Assembly (NCBI GenBank): GCA_019912315.1
Contig: JAIOJA010000057.1
Coordinates: forward strand, 54,351 to 118,350
Reading direction: 5' to 3'
Length of the DNA stretch: 64,000 bases
Source: Planctomycetota bacterium
GTDB lineage: Bacteria > Planctomycetota > UBA8742 > UBA2392
In this document: positions 38,517 to 47,485 of the stretch, piece after piece
Layout: the number at the start of each line of letters is the position of its first letter
Position numbering within the stretch: position 1 is the stretch's first letter
Notes under the pieces: model-generated
Database searches by the model: none
Seen by the model: the letters and a program-made list of their open reading frames with translations, nothing else
What the model was told of the DNA's origin: nothing
Made by a program: the position numbers and the translations under genes

Positions 38517-41036
38517 ATGTGGATCAAACGCTCGCTCGTCATCGTCCCCATTTTGCTGTTCGTATTCCTGATCCAGTCCGTGTTCTGGGTGCCGGGCACG
38601 GCCAGCGTCGCCAACAACGACAGTCGCCAGAACCGCATTATCCTGTACATGTCCGGCAACCCGGAAGACATGAACCCGTGGACCAGCACCAAGACCACCG
38701 ACTCCACCATCAGCGACTACTTTTTTGAGGGTCTGATCCGCTACAACCGCATGTATGAACTTGAGCCATGGCTGGCGGAGACCGTGGTGGTCAAGCACGA
38801 AGTCACTTCGGTCGTGCCGACGGGCATGTCCGAAGCGGACTATCGCGCGGCGATTGCCGCCGAGTTCGGCGACCTGCTGGGAGAAATCAAAACCGGCGAC
38901 GAACTCGCCTGGAAGATTGAAGAGGAAGAGTTCAAGAAGCAAGCCGGTGAGGCCGGCGCGCTATCATTCATAGCCAAGCTCGCGGGCGACCATCCCAAGC
39001 TGACAACGCTGCGTGTGGCGTTCACGGGCAAGCCCGTGAAGGGCGAAATTGTCAGTGCGGTTCAACCCGACTTCAAGGCGCGCATGGAGAGGCGCCTGGG
39101 GCGCGAGTTGCTGCCCGAAGTAGCCACAGCCGCCCAGGGCGCCTGGGACGCCATGGATGCCGAACTGAAGAAGGACAGGAAGTTCGAAGCTTACAAAGAC
39201 GAGTTCACGGAACTGGTCCAGCAGGGCGGCGTCACCGACGTCGTCCACAACCCCGTGGTGGACTGCGTTTTGCATAAGGGAGTGTACTGGACGGACGGGC
39301 CGTTCTTCAGTGACCCGGACAAGACCTGGATCGTCATCGTCGATGGCGACGAGGCCGGAAACATTGTCGCCGACACGAAGGCGGAGGCGATCAGCACTGT
39401 CTCCGAACGTCTGGAACTCGGCAAAGACGCCAAGGTCGACGCGATTACCTATGAGAAGCGATTCGGTGATGAAGAGGAAGGTCCCTGGTGGGGCCGCGGA
39501 CCTGAACTTGGCGCCCGCGACGTCAAACTGAATTTCAACCACCTGAAAGACGCCGCCTACGGCAGCCCGCGACGCTCCAGCTACTTGAGCATTCTCGACA
39601 TCCGGACGTTCGAAGATAACCGCTACCGCTGCGAGATCGTGTTCGACGAACTCTACTCGCCGGCGCTGGCCGACTTGACGGGCAGCATACTCCCGTACCA
39701 CGTGTGGAACCTGAAGGCCTGGGAGCACGAGGCCGTCCGCCGCGGTCTCGGGCGCCAGGACCTTGAGATCGAGCGGGCAAAGTACAACCCCATGCGCCAC
39801 CTGCGATCCCGGGATCGGGACTTTGCACTCGCGCCCAGCTATCTCGGCGCCATGGTGCTTGAGCCCCTGAACGGCGACAGCAGGCCGTACTGGGAAAACA
39901 ACCTGCGTGTGCGCTTGCGCCGCAACGAGTTCTACTGGAACCGCAAGCCGGAGTACGAGTTCGTGGACTGGTTTGTGTTTGACCCGGCCCTCGGCAGTGA
40001 AACCTCGGAAGTGGTATTCCTTGGCGGCGGCATGGACATCTACAGCGCCAAGGACTACCAGGTTCAGCGTTACGAAGCGATGGAAGACAAGTACTACGTC
40101 ATCAAGCGCCAGCCGACCCAGTACGAGTACATCGGGTTCAACAACGGGCGCGACGTCCTGAAGGACAAGCGCGTGCGCTTGGCGCTATCCATGGCGATCA
40201 ACGTCGACGACATCCTTAAGTACGTGGTCTTTGAGCAGGGGCAGCGGATATCAGGGCCCGGCTACCCCGTGCTGCCCTGGTACAACGCCGAGTATCGCAT
40301 TGAGCACACCTGGCGCAGTGGCGAAAAGAAGGGCCAGACGGAAAAGCTCGAGTTCCTTCCGTTCGACATGGAGGAAGCAAAAGCCTTGCTGATCGAGGCC
40401 GGGTACACCGAACAGGGCGGCAAGCTGTTCAAGGATGGCAAGCCGCTGAAGCTCCAGTTCGTGAACACGACAGGCCAGGGCGCCCGGCAGAAGTCGGCCG
40501 TTCTCGCCAAAGAACGCTGGGAGCAGCTTGGCATTGAGGTGGATTACAAGACCTACGAGTGGAACGATTACATCCAGCGTTTCATCATGGCGCGCAATTT
40601 TGACGTGTGCGTGCTGGGCTGGAGCGGCGGGCTGGATTTCGACAAGCGCCAGTTATGGGGCACCGAGTTCACGCCGCCGAACGGGCTGAACTTCGTGAAT
40701 TACAGCAACCCCGAAGTCGACAAGCTGATGGACGACATCCTGCTTGAGTACGACTACGACAAGCAAGTTGAGATGAGCAACAAAATCTTCGACACGATCG
40801 CTTCGGACTTCCCTTACATCTTCCTTTATTCGCCCTACTCGACGACCATCGCTGACCGTCACCTGGTATGGCGCATGGAGGTCGGCAAGGACGCCAAAGG
40901 CAACCCGATATACGAAGATCGCCCCCTCGACCACGAATACATCAAGAACTCGCGTGCTTCCTGGCGGTTCTTCGAGCCGGACCTGATCCGCCGCGAAGAA
41001 ATCCCCGAGTTCACGGACGAACAGAAGACAAGGTAA
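38517..41036 (+). CDS. ABC transporter substrate-binding protein, family 5, with ~250-aa N-terminal extension
   Basis: N-terminal TM/signal helix. 839 aa. C-terminal two thirds SBP_bac_5-like. Followed by DppB- and DppC-like permease genes. Confidence 0.75.
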   Translation: MWIKRSLVIVPILLFVFLIQSVFWVPGTASVANNDSRQNRIILYMSGNPEDMNPWTSTKTTDSTISDYFFEGLIRYNRMYELEPWLAETVVVKHEVTSVVPTGMSEADYRAAIAAEFGDLLGEIKTGDELAWKIEEEEFKKQAGEAGALSFIAKLAGDHPKLTTLRVAFTGKPVKGEIVSAVQPDFKARMERRLGRELLPEVATAAQGAWDAMDAELKKDRKFEAYKDEFTELVQQGGVTDVVHNPVVDCVLHKGVYWTDGPFFSDPDKTWIVIVDGDEAGNIVADTKAEAISTVSERLELGKDAKVDAITYEKRFGDEEEGPWWGRGPELGARDVKLNFNHLKDAAYGSPRRSSYLSILDIRTFEDNRYRCEIVFDELYSPALADLTGSILPYHVWNLKAWEHEAVRRGLGRQDLEIERAKYNPMRHLRSRDRDFALAPSYLGAMVLEPLNGDSRPYWENNLRVRLRRNEFYWNRKPEYEFVDWFVFDPALGSETSEVVFLGGGMDIYSAKDYQVQRYEAMEDKYYVIKRQPTQYEYIGFNNGRDVLKDKRVRLALSMAINVDDILKYVVFEQGQRISGPGYPVLPWYNAEYRIEHTWRSGEKKGQTEKLEFLPFDMEEAKALLIEAGYTEQGGKLFKDGKPLKLQFVNTTGQGARQKSAVLAKERWEQLGIEVDYKTYEWNDYIQRFIMARNFDVCVLGWSGGLDFDKRQLWGTEFTPPNGLNFVNYSNPEVDKLMDDILLEYDYDKQVEMSNKIFDTIASDFPYIFLYSPYSTTIADRHLVWRMEVGKDAKGNPIYEDRPLDHEYIKNSRASWRFFEPDLIRREEIPEFTDEQKTR

Positions 41037-41045
41037 AACAGAGCG

Positions 41046-42041
41046 ATGATCTCCTATATCGTCCGACGCATATTCCAGATGGGCGTCACGCTGGTCATCA
41101 TCAGCGTGTTCAGCTTCCTGATTGTGGCCCTGGCGCCCGGTGACCCGTTCGCCAGCCAGCTTGACCCGAAGTCCAAGCCAGCGGACATTGAGCGCCAGCG
41201 CGACCAGATGGGCTACGACGATCCGGTGGTGCAGAAGTACATCAAATTCTACAGCCAGTTCTTCAGCGATCTGGGCGCCGTCGTCACCGGCGACGACACC
41301 CACGAATGGGAGCTGCGCAGCGCACGCACCAAAGAAAACGTACTGCCCACCATGTGGAACAAGATGTTGATCACCCTGCCGCTGGTGTTGCTGACGGTCT
41401 TGATCACCTGGACACTCAGTTTCCCGGTCGGCATCGGCAGCGCTCTGCGGCGTGGCAAGGTGCCGGATCGTGTGGCGACCATTCTGTCCTATGCGATGAT
41501 TTCATTCCCAGGTTTCTGGCTGGCGATCCTCGTGATCAAGTTCGTCAACGGCACCATGGGCATACCGGTCGTGTCCCCATACACCCTGGGCGTGGAACTT
41601 GAGGGCCCGCGCGCATTCATGGACGCGACATGGCACGTTGCGGTGCCGGCCGTAATCGGCGCTTTTGGCGGCGTCGCGGTTCTGTCGCGCTACGTGAAAG
41701 GCCAGATGCTTGAGGTGATGGACCAGGACTACATCCGCACCGCCAAGGCCAAAGGGCTGGACGGCGATACGGTCTACTATCGCCACGCACTGCGCAACGC
41801 CAGCCTTCCGTTTATCACGATGCTGGCGGGGCTGCTTCCCAGCCTGTTCGGCGGCTCCATCGTGTTCGAAGCGATCTACGCCTGGCCGGGACTGGGGCGC
41901 TGGTTTTTTGAAGCCGTACTGGCGAAGGATCTTTTCATCGTGATTACCAGTTTGTTTGTTGGCTCCGCACTGACCCTGGTGGGGATTTTGATTTCTGACC
42001 TTCTTTACAGCGTGGCCGACCCGCGCGTAAAGCTTGCCTGA
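41046..42041 (+). CDS. ABC transporter permease, DppB/OppB family
   Basis: Six TM helices. C-terminus ...DLLYSVADPRVKLA. Confidence 0.85.
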   Translation: MISYIVRRIFQMGVTLVIISVFSFLIVALAPGDPFASQLDPKSKPADIERQRDQMGYDDPVVQKYIKFYSQFFSDLGAVVTGDDTHEWELRSARTKENVLPTMWNKMLITLPLVLLTVLITWTLSFPVGIGSALRRGKVPDRVATILSYAMISFPGFWLAILVIKFVNGTMGIPVVSPYTLGVELEGPRAFMDATWHVAVPAVIGAFGGVAVLSRYVKGQMLEVMDQDYIRTAKAKGLDGDTVYYRHALRNASLPFITMLAGLLPSLFGGSIVFEAIYAWPGLGRWFFEAVLAKDLFIVITSLFVGSALTLVGILISDLLYSVADPRVKLA

Positions 42042-42052
42042 GGAGATGCACC

Positions 42053-44008
42053 ATGAGCAAACCCGTCTCCACCCGCAAGCCGACCTCGCCACTGCGCGAC
42101 GCGTTGCGCCTGTTCATTCGCAACACGCCCGCCGTGCTGGCACTGCTGATGATTTTCCTGCTGGCCGCAGCCGCCATTACGGGCAAGGCCTTTGTGGGTA
42201 AGCACCCCACCGAAGATCAACTGAAGTTGATCGAGAAAGCCGAGATCACGGGCGACACGGTGGATCTGGACGTCAACACCCACGCCGTCCTGGACCACAC
42301 CAAGACCCAGTTGAAAGACACTTTTCTGCCGCCGTTTTCCACCAGCCGTGCTGACCCCGACAAGTTCTATGTACTCGGCACGGACGACCTCGGGCGTGAC
42401 GTGCTGGCCCGTCTATGGAACGGCAGCAGCATCAGTCTAACGATCGGTTTCTTGGCCGTGGGCATCTCGGTGCTGCTTGGCGTCGCCCTGGGCGGTATCG
42501 CCGGTTTCTTCGGGCGCTCCCGAGTTCGACTTCCGCTGATGGCGACGCTGCTGCTGGGCGCCGCCGGCGGCGTTCTGATGGCGGCCGAGATCGAAGCGGC
42601 CGCACTGCCATTCCTTATCGCGGCGGCGGCCTGCATCGTGATCCAAGCCGTGATGGCCGTGCTGGGGCGACGCTACAAGGCCGTAATCGCGCTTGGCGTT
42701 GCGCTGCTGCTGTTCGGTGGCGTGCGCCTTTACAACAACAGTATCGAGAGCGGGACACCGGAGGGCAGGTCCTACAGCCACGCGTCCCTGGTGGCCGACG
42801 AAAGCTATGAACTGGTCCGCGCGATCCGCGACCTCGGCATCGAGGTCAAGCTGATCGAAGATGGCGACCCGTCAGCGATCGACGAGGAGACGCGCAAGCA
42901 GATGCAGCATGAGATTGAACTTCAGCAAGCAGCGCTGGATCTCCTGATCGCGGAGAATGCCGTGTACGGCCACCAGGCCGAGATCGAGATCGCGGAACGG
43001 GGTGTTCCAGAGCGCGAAGCGCGGATCGCCCGTCTGCAAGCACTCAGCCTCGACGACGATGCAAGCATCCAGAGTGGAATACTGACGGGCGAATCGGCGC
43101 GTCTTGAGGAGATGAGGGGCAAGACAGCTGAGCTTGAGAAAGCTGTCGCGACAAAACAAACGGCACTGGAAACGGCGAATAAAACAGAAGTGACGGACGT
43201 GAAGCTGCAAAGCGCCAACGACTTGCTGGAGCGCCGTGCGACGCTGCGCAAAGGCGTCGTGGACATTTTCCGCGCCAAGCGCGACAACCAGTTCGAAGTT
43301 CTGGTAAAGGGCAAGCAGCTCGACGGCTCCACCCGCTACGGGACGTACCGCGTCCTGCGCCATTTCATTACAGCGGTGCTGATCTACCTGCTGTTGGTCG
43401 TCACCGCATTGTTCGTGGCTGCGGACGCGCAGTCCGGCGCCACGGAATCAAAGAACCCACTTACGAAGTTGTTCCTGCCGACGATTTCCGTCGATGACCT
43501 CGTGATGCGCTTCACTGAAATCATGATGACGATTCCGGTGCTGTTCCTGATTCTCATGGTGCTGGCGCTGTTCGAGCGCGACGTCTACATCGTGATGGCA
43601 GTGATCGGGCTTACCAGTTGGATGGGTACGACGCGCTTCGTGCGCGCCGAGATTCTTTCACTGCGCGAGCAGGATTTTATCCAGGCCGCCCGCGCACTGG
43701 GCGTCAGCGACTATCGCATTATCTGGCGCCATCTGGTACCGAACGCAATCAGCCCGGTGCTGGTCAGTGCGACCATCGGCGTGGCTGGCGCGGTGCTGGC
43801 GGAGTCGACCTTGAGCTTCCTTGGCATCGGCGCAGGGCCCGACCAGGACACGTGGGGCAAGATTCTCGCTGACGGGCGTCTGTTCCTGCACGACGCCGCC
43901 TGGCTGACCTGGATCCCCGGTATCGCGATTCTGATTACCGTTCTGTCCTTCAACCTGCTGGGCGAGGGGCTGCGCGAAGCCTTCAATCCGAAGCTTCGTG
44001 GTAGATAA
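42053..44008 (+). CDS. ABC transporter permease, DppC/OppC family, with ~270-aa insertion (extra TM segments plus coiled coil)
   Basis: GAGGAG RBS. OppC_N-like N-terminus and a canonical C-terminal permease core (ARALGVSDYRIIWRHLVPN...). Between them, residues ~150-420 are Ala-rich hydrophobic helices followed by a Glu/Arg/Ala-rich coiled-coil region not found in ordinary DppC proteins. Confidence 0.8.
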   Translation: MSKPVSTRKPTSPLRDALRLFIRNTPAVLALLMIFLLAAAAITGKAFVGKHPTEDQLKLIEKAEITGDTVDLDVNTHAVLDHTKTQLKDTFLPPFSTSRADPDKFYVLGTDDLGRDVLARLWNGSSISLTIGFLAVGISVLLGVALGGIAGFFGRSRVRLPLMATLLLGAAGGVLMAAEIEAAALPFLIAAAACIVIQAVMAVLGRRYKAVIALGVALLLFGGVRLYNNSIESGTPEGRSYSHASLVADESYELVRAIRDLGIEVKLIEDGDPSAIDEETRKQMQHEIELQQAALDLLIAENAVYGHQAEIEIAERGVPEREARIARLQALSLDDDASIQSGILTGESARLEEMRGKTAELEKAVATKQTALETANKTEVTDVKLQSANDLLERRATLRKGVVDIFRAKRDNQFEVLVKGKQLDGSTRYGTYRVLRHFITAVLIYLLLVVTALFVAADAQSGATESKNPLTKLFLPTISVDDLVMRFTEIMMTIPVLFLILMVLALFERDVYIVMAVIGLTSWMGTTRFVRAEILSLREQDFIQAARALGVSDYRIIWRHLVPNAISPVLVSATIGVAGAVLAESTLSFLGIGAGPDQDTWGKILADGRLFLHDAAWLTWIPGIAILITVLSFNLLGEGLREAFNPKLRGR

Positions 44009-44011
44009 TGG

Positions 44012-44084
44012 CGTGGATCGTGTATGGTGTGTCGTGGATCGGGTCTGATCCTTCGGTCCACGATCCACGATCCACGACCCACGG
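44012..44084. repeat. heptamer iteron array: 2x CGTGGAT(CG), 21 bp apart, then 4 tandem TCCACGA in inverted orientation
   Basis: cgtggatcg at 44012-20 and 44033-41. tccacga x3 plus cccacgg at 44057-84, ending 9 nt before the ATG of the NtrC-type regulator at 44094. Confidence 0.7.
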
Positions 44085-44093
44085 AACACGATT

Positions 44094-45446
44094 ATGAAAA
44101 TCCTGCTCGCTGACGATGAACGCGGCATCCGCCTGACCCTCTCCGAAGACCTGGAGGAGGCCGGGCACGAGGTCGTCGCGGTCGAAGACGGCGAACTCGC
44201 GATGAAGGAACTCACCAAGCAGCACTTCGACTGCATGATCAGCGACGTGGTCATGCCCCGCGTCGATGGCATGAGCCTGCTGCGCTTCGCGCGCGAAAAA
44301 GTCCCCGACATCGTCGCTATCATGATTACCGGTAACGCGACCGTTGAGCGCGCCCTCGAGGCCATGCGCCTCGGCGCCAAGGATTTCGTCGAAAAGCCCT
44401 TTAACAATGAGAAGATCGTCCTGCTGGTGAACGGCTATGGCGAAAGCCAGGTCACAGGGCGCAAGTATCAGCAACTCGTTGAGGAAGTCACCAGCGAGTT
44501 CAAAGTCGACCAGATGGTGGGCAACAGCCCACAGATGAAGAAGCTGTATTCCGACATCAAGACGGTCGCCGAGTCGGATTTCAGCGTACTGATCCAGGGC
44601 GAGAACGGCACGGGCAAGGAAGTCATCGCAACGGTGCTGCACCAGCACAGCGCGCGCGTCAAAGGCCCGCTCATCAAAGTCGGCTGCCACATTGCCAACG
44701 TAAACCTGCTGGAAGACGAGCTGTTCGGGCACGAACCGGGCGCGTTCACAGGCGCGAGTTCTCGGCGCATCGGACGCTTCGAGCAGGCCGACGGCGGGAC
44801 GATCTACCTGGACGACATCGACGACATGCCGATCGACACCCAAGCCAAGCTGTTGCGCGTGCTGCAAGAGCGCGAGATTGAGCGCCTCGGCGGCGACAAG
44901 CCCTTGAAGGTCAACATCCGGGTGATCGCCAGCACCAAGGTCGAGCTGCGCGATTGCGTGAAGGAAGGCAAATTCCGTGAAGACCTGTACCACCGCATCA
45001 ACGTGATCGACCTGCACGTACCACCGCTGCGGCGGCGCGAAGGGGACATCCCGGTGCTGGTTGAGCACTTCGTAAAGCGATACGCGCCGGATACGGAACT
45101 AACCATCGCCCCCGAAGCCATGGGCGCCTTGGTGTCGTACCCCTGGCCGGGCAACGTGCGCGAGCTGCAACACAGCGTCCAGCGCGCGATCGCGTTCGGC
45201 AAGGCTGGCGGCGTCCTCAAGAAAGAACACTTCCTGCGCGACTACAGCGCCGAATTGCCCCAGGGTACGGAAACCCCGGGCGACGACCGACGACCGCTGA
45301 AGGACGTTGTGTCCGCTGCAGAAACAGCGCACATCAAGAACATCATGAGCATCGCCGGCAGCGTGGAAGAAGCGGCCAACATCCTTGGCATCAGTCGCAA
45401 AAATCTCTGGGAAAAGCGCAAACAGTACGGGCTGCTCGACGACTGA
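44094..45446 (+). CDS. sigma-54-dependent response regulator (NtrC family)
   Basis: Receiver domain MKILLADDERGIR...D. AAA+ sigma-54 activator domain with GENGTGKE and the GAFTGA motif. C-terminal HTH. No adjacent histidine kinase gene. Confidence 0.85.
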   Translation: MKILLADDERGIRLTLSEDLEEAGHEVVAVEDGELAMKELTKQHFDCMISDVVMPRVDGMSLLRFAREKVPDIVAIMITGNATVERALEAMRLGAKDFVEKPFNNEKIVLLVNGYGESQVTGRKYQQLVEEVTSEFKVDQMVGNSPQMKKLYSDIKTVAESDFSVLIQGENGTGKEVIATVLHQHSARVKGPLIKVGCHIANVNLLEDELFGHEPGAFTGASSRRIGRFEQADGGTIYLDDIDDMPIDTQAKLLRVLQEREIERLGGDKPLKVNIRVIASTKVELRDCVKEGKFREDLYHRINVIDLHVPPLRRREGDIPVLVEHFVKRYAPDTELTIAPEAMGALVSYPWPGNVRELQHSVQRAIAFGKAGGVLKKEHFLRDYSAELPQGTETPGDDRRPLKDVVSAAETAHIKNIMSIAGSVEEAANILGISRKNLWEKRKQYGLLDD

Positions 45447-45482
45447 ATGCGCCGCTCGTCGCTCATGTTGAACAGCAAATGA

Positions 45483-45560
45483 CCAATTGCCAACTACCAA
45501 TGACCAGTTCAGGTTCACGCCCAGGAAATTGGTTATTGGTTATTGGCCATTGGATATTGC
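45483..45560. repeat. tandem heptamers CCAAYNR x3, a 22-bp spacer, then NNATTGG x4-5 inverted
   Basis: ccaattg ccaacta ccaatga (45483-45503). aaattgg ttattgg ttattgg ccattgg atattgc (45526-45560). Lies between the regulator stop (45446) and the probable ccmB start. Confidence 0.7.
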
Positions 45561-45579
45561 GGTTGTCCGGGAACTCACA

Positions 45580-46284
45580 GTGAACGCACCTGTCGCCAAT
45601 CGGCCGTCTGCCATCGGTGCCTTGAGCGCCCTGTTCGCGCGCGAAATCCGTGTTGAGTTGCGCACCAAGTCGCTGCTGACCAGCATGGGTCTGTTTGCCC
45701 TGCTGTGCATCGTGATCGTCGGGCTGGGCGTGCGCGGCATCTCCAGCAACGAGACGTACCACCGATTTGTGCTGGCGATGTTGTGGGTATGCACAATGTT
45801 CGCCGCGGTAGTAGGTCTGAATCGCGCCGCCGTCTCCGACCAGCGCAAGCAGTTCTTCAGTGCGCTGATGATCCTGCCGCATGATCCCGCGCTGGTGTAC
45901 TTCGTGCGACTGGCCTCAACTCTGGTGTTCCTGCTGGCAACACAGGCGATCATGATCGTCGTGGCAGTGCCGTTGCTGAAGCTCGACTTCTTCGACCAGC
46001 CGCTGATGCTCGCGGTTGTGCCGCTTGCGGATCTCGGAATTCTCGCGCCCGGCGTGTTGTTGTCATCAGGCACGAGTCGCGTACGCGGCGGTGAAGCTTT
46101 GCTTACGATCGCCCTGCTGCCGGTAACCGTACCGGTATTTCTTGGCGCGACGGGCGTCACGGACGCCTTGCAGGCGGGTCTCGGCGCACGTGGTGCCTTG
46201 CCGTACGTGTTGCTGCTGGGGATATGCGCGGCTATGTTCACCGCAATGGGGCTCCTGCTGTACGGGCGCTTGAACGAAGGATAG
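45580..46284 (+). CDS. ccmB: heme exporter protein B
   Basis: LFAREIRVELRTKSLL parallels the E. coli CcmB N-terminus FWRIFRLELRVAF. Six TM helices. Start uncertain (GTG 45580 or TTG 45622). The ORF-track TTG 45487 would read through the heptamer array and is judged unlikely. Confidence 0.65.
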   Translation: MNAPVANRPSAIGALSALFAREIRVELRTKSLLTSMGLFALLCIVIVGLGVRGISSNETYHRFVLAMLWVCTMFAAVVGLNRAAVSDQRKQFFSALMILPHDPALVYFVRLASTLVFLLATQAIMIVVAVPLLKLDFFDQPLMLAVVPLADLGILAPGVLLSSGTSRVRGGEALLTIALLPVTVPVFLGATGVTDALQAGLGARGALPYVLLLGICAAMFTAMGLLLYGRLNEG

Positions 46285-46312
46285 GAACGCGGGGGTCTCG
46301 CCCGCATCAATC

Positions 46313-47059
46313 ATGGCCAGTGCATCAAAATCTTCGCACGCGTGGCTGATTACGCTGATTCTCGCTGTGCTCGGGTTGATCGGCGCGCAGGCCGTGCTGT
46401 ACATGTCGTACCTATACACTCCGGTTCAGATTACCCCCGGCACGCTATGGGTCGGTGAGCCCGACGGCGGCTCGCCGATCAACCTGTACGAAAGCTATCG
46501 CATTTTCTTCATTCACCTGCCAAGCGCATATGCTACGGCGTTGTGCTGCCTGCTGTGTCTTGTCGGCGGCGTACTGTGGTTGCTGACCAAACAGGACAAA
46601 TGGGAGGCGCTGATTGTAAGCGCCTCCGAAGTCGGGCTGGTGACGGGCGCGATGGTCCTGCTGACAGGCACCTTGTGGGCCGACTATGCCTGGGGCAGCG
46701 GACGCATTGGAAGCGGCTGGAACTGGGAGCCGAGGCTTACCACGATGCTGATTCTGTGGCTGGCCTTCGCGGCGTTGCTGGTGTTGCGACAGTCCATGGA
46801 CACGCCAAGGCAGCGTAGCGTGATGACCGCGGTGTACGGCATTCTGCTTGGCCCGCTGTATCCGCTGGTCAGCAAGGCCATCGAAATCGGGCAGACCAGC
46901 CACCCCCGCAGTTTCAGCGACCTGTTGTCCGCGCCGGAGATTGCCACGACAAAGCACATCGCCAGTGTCGGCGTGACACTGGCGTTCATGGCGCTGGTGG
47001 CGCTGCGATTTCAAACCAACCGTATTGGGCAGCAAATCCAGCAGGAGCGGGCGGCATGA
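46313..47059 (+). CDS. ccmC: heme exporter protein C
   Basis: Tryptophan-rich WWD motif region WADYAWGSGRIGSGWNWEPRLTT. 248 aa. Confidence 0.8.
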   Translation: MASASKSSHAWLITLILAVLGLIGAQAVLYMSYLYTPVQITPGTLWVGEPDGGSPINLYESYRIFFIHLPSAYATALCCLLCLVGGVLWLLTKQDKWEALIVSASEVGLVTGAMVLLTGTLWADYAWGSGRIGSGWNWEPRLTTMLILWLAFAALLVLRQSMDTPRQRSVMTAVYGILLGPLYPLVSKAIEIGQTSHPRSFSDLLSAPEIATTKHIASVGVTLAFMALVALRFQTNRIGQQIQQERAA

Positions 47060-47424
47060 GATGGTGTCTAGTGTTTGGTGTTTGGTGTTTGGTGTTGTTT
47101 GCCGCGCCGGTGTTTGCGGACAGCAAAGATGAGAGCTTGCGTCCGCTGGATGGCGCGAGTGAATCCGCAGGTGCCGCCGATACGCCGGCCGGCGAAGAAT
47201 TCGCCGCCGATCCCGCGCTCGAGAAGAAGTACCGTACCGAGCTTGAAAAGCGCCTTGCCGTTGAGCGTGAAAGCTATGAAGGCTCGCTGACCAGCCTGTG
47301 GCTGGCCAACATGGCGGTGTGGGGCTGCCTGTTCGGATTCATCATTTTCCAGGCCGTCAGCGCGCGCAAACGCGCGGCTGAACTGGAACGTCTGAAGCAG
47401 CAGCGGGAAGCCCAAGCGCCTTGA
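47056..47424 (+). CDS. CcmD-like small membrane protein with N-terminal signal-like extension
   Basis: ATGA overlap with the ccmC stop (translational coupling). C-terminal TM WLANMAVWGCLFGFIIFQAV followed by a basic tail, as in CcmD. The N-terminal 60 aa (hydrophobic then acidic) is extra. Confidence 0.5.
   Translation: MRWCLVFGVWCLVLFAAPVFADSKDESLRPLDGASESAGAADTPAGEEFAADPALEKKYRTELEKRLAVERESYEGSLTSLWLANMAVWGCLFGFIIFQAVSARKRAAELERLKQQREAQAP
47071..47098 (+). repeat. tandem heptamer GTGTTTG x3 plus one degenerate copy, inside the 5' end of the CcmD-like ORF
   Basis: gtgtttg gtgtttg gtgtttg gtgttgt, encoding VFGVWCLVL. The unit length is not a multiple of 3. Confidence 0.8.
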
Positions 47425-47485
47425 CGCGCATCGGTTCGACGGGGCCACGCGTATCAAATCCAAAATCCAATGTCCGAAATCGCCA

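Noticed and set aside
45545-45565. Possible sigma-54 promoter (TGGCCATTGGATATTGCG) upstream of ccmB
   Set aside because: The GG-to-GC spacing is 14 nt rather than the canonical 12. It is more likely a by-product of the ATTGG heptamer array.
45487-45579. TTG start at 45487 given by the ORF track for the ccmB ORF
   Set aside because: It would translate the CCAAT/ATTGG heptamer array as protein (MPTTNDQFRFTPRKLVIGYWPLDIAVV). Homology to CcmB begins only at ...LFAREIRVELR, so a start at GTG 45580 or TTG 45622 is far more plausible.
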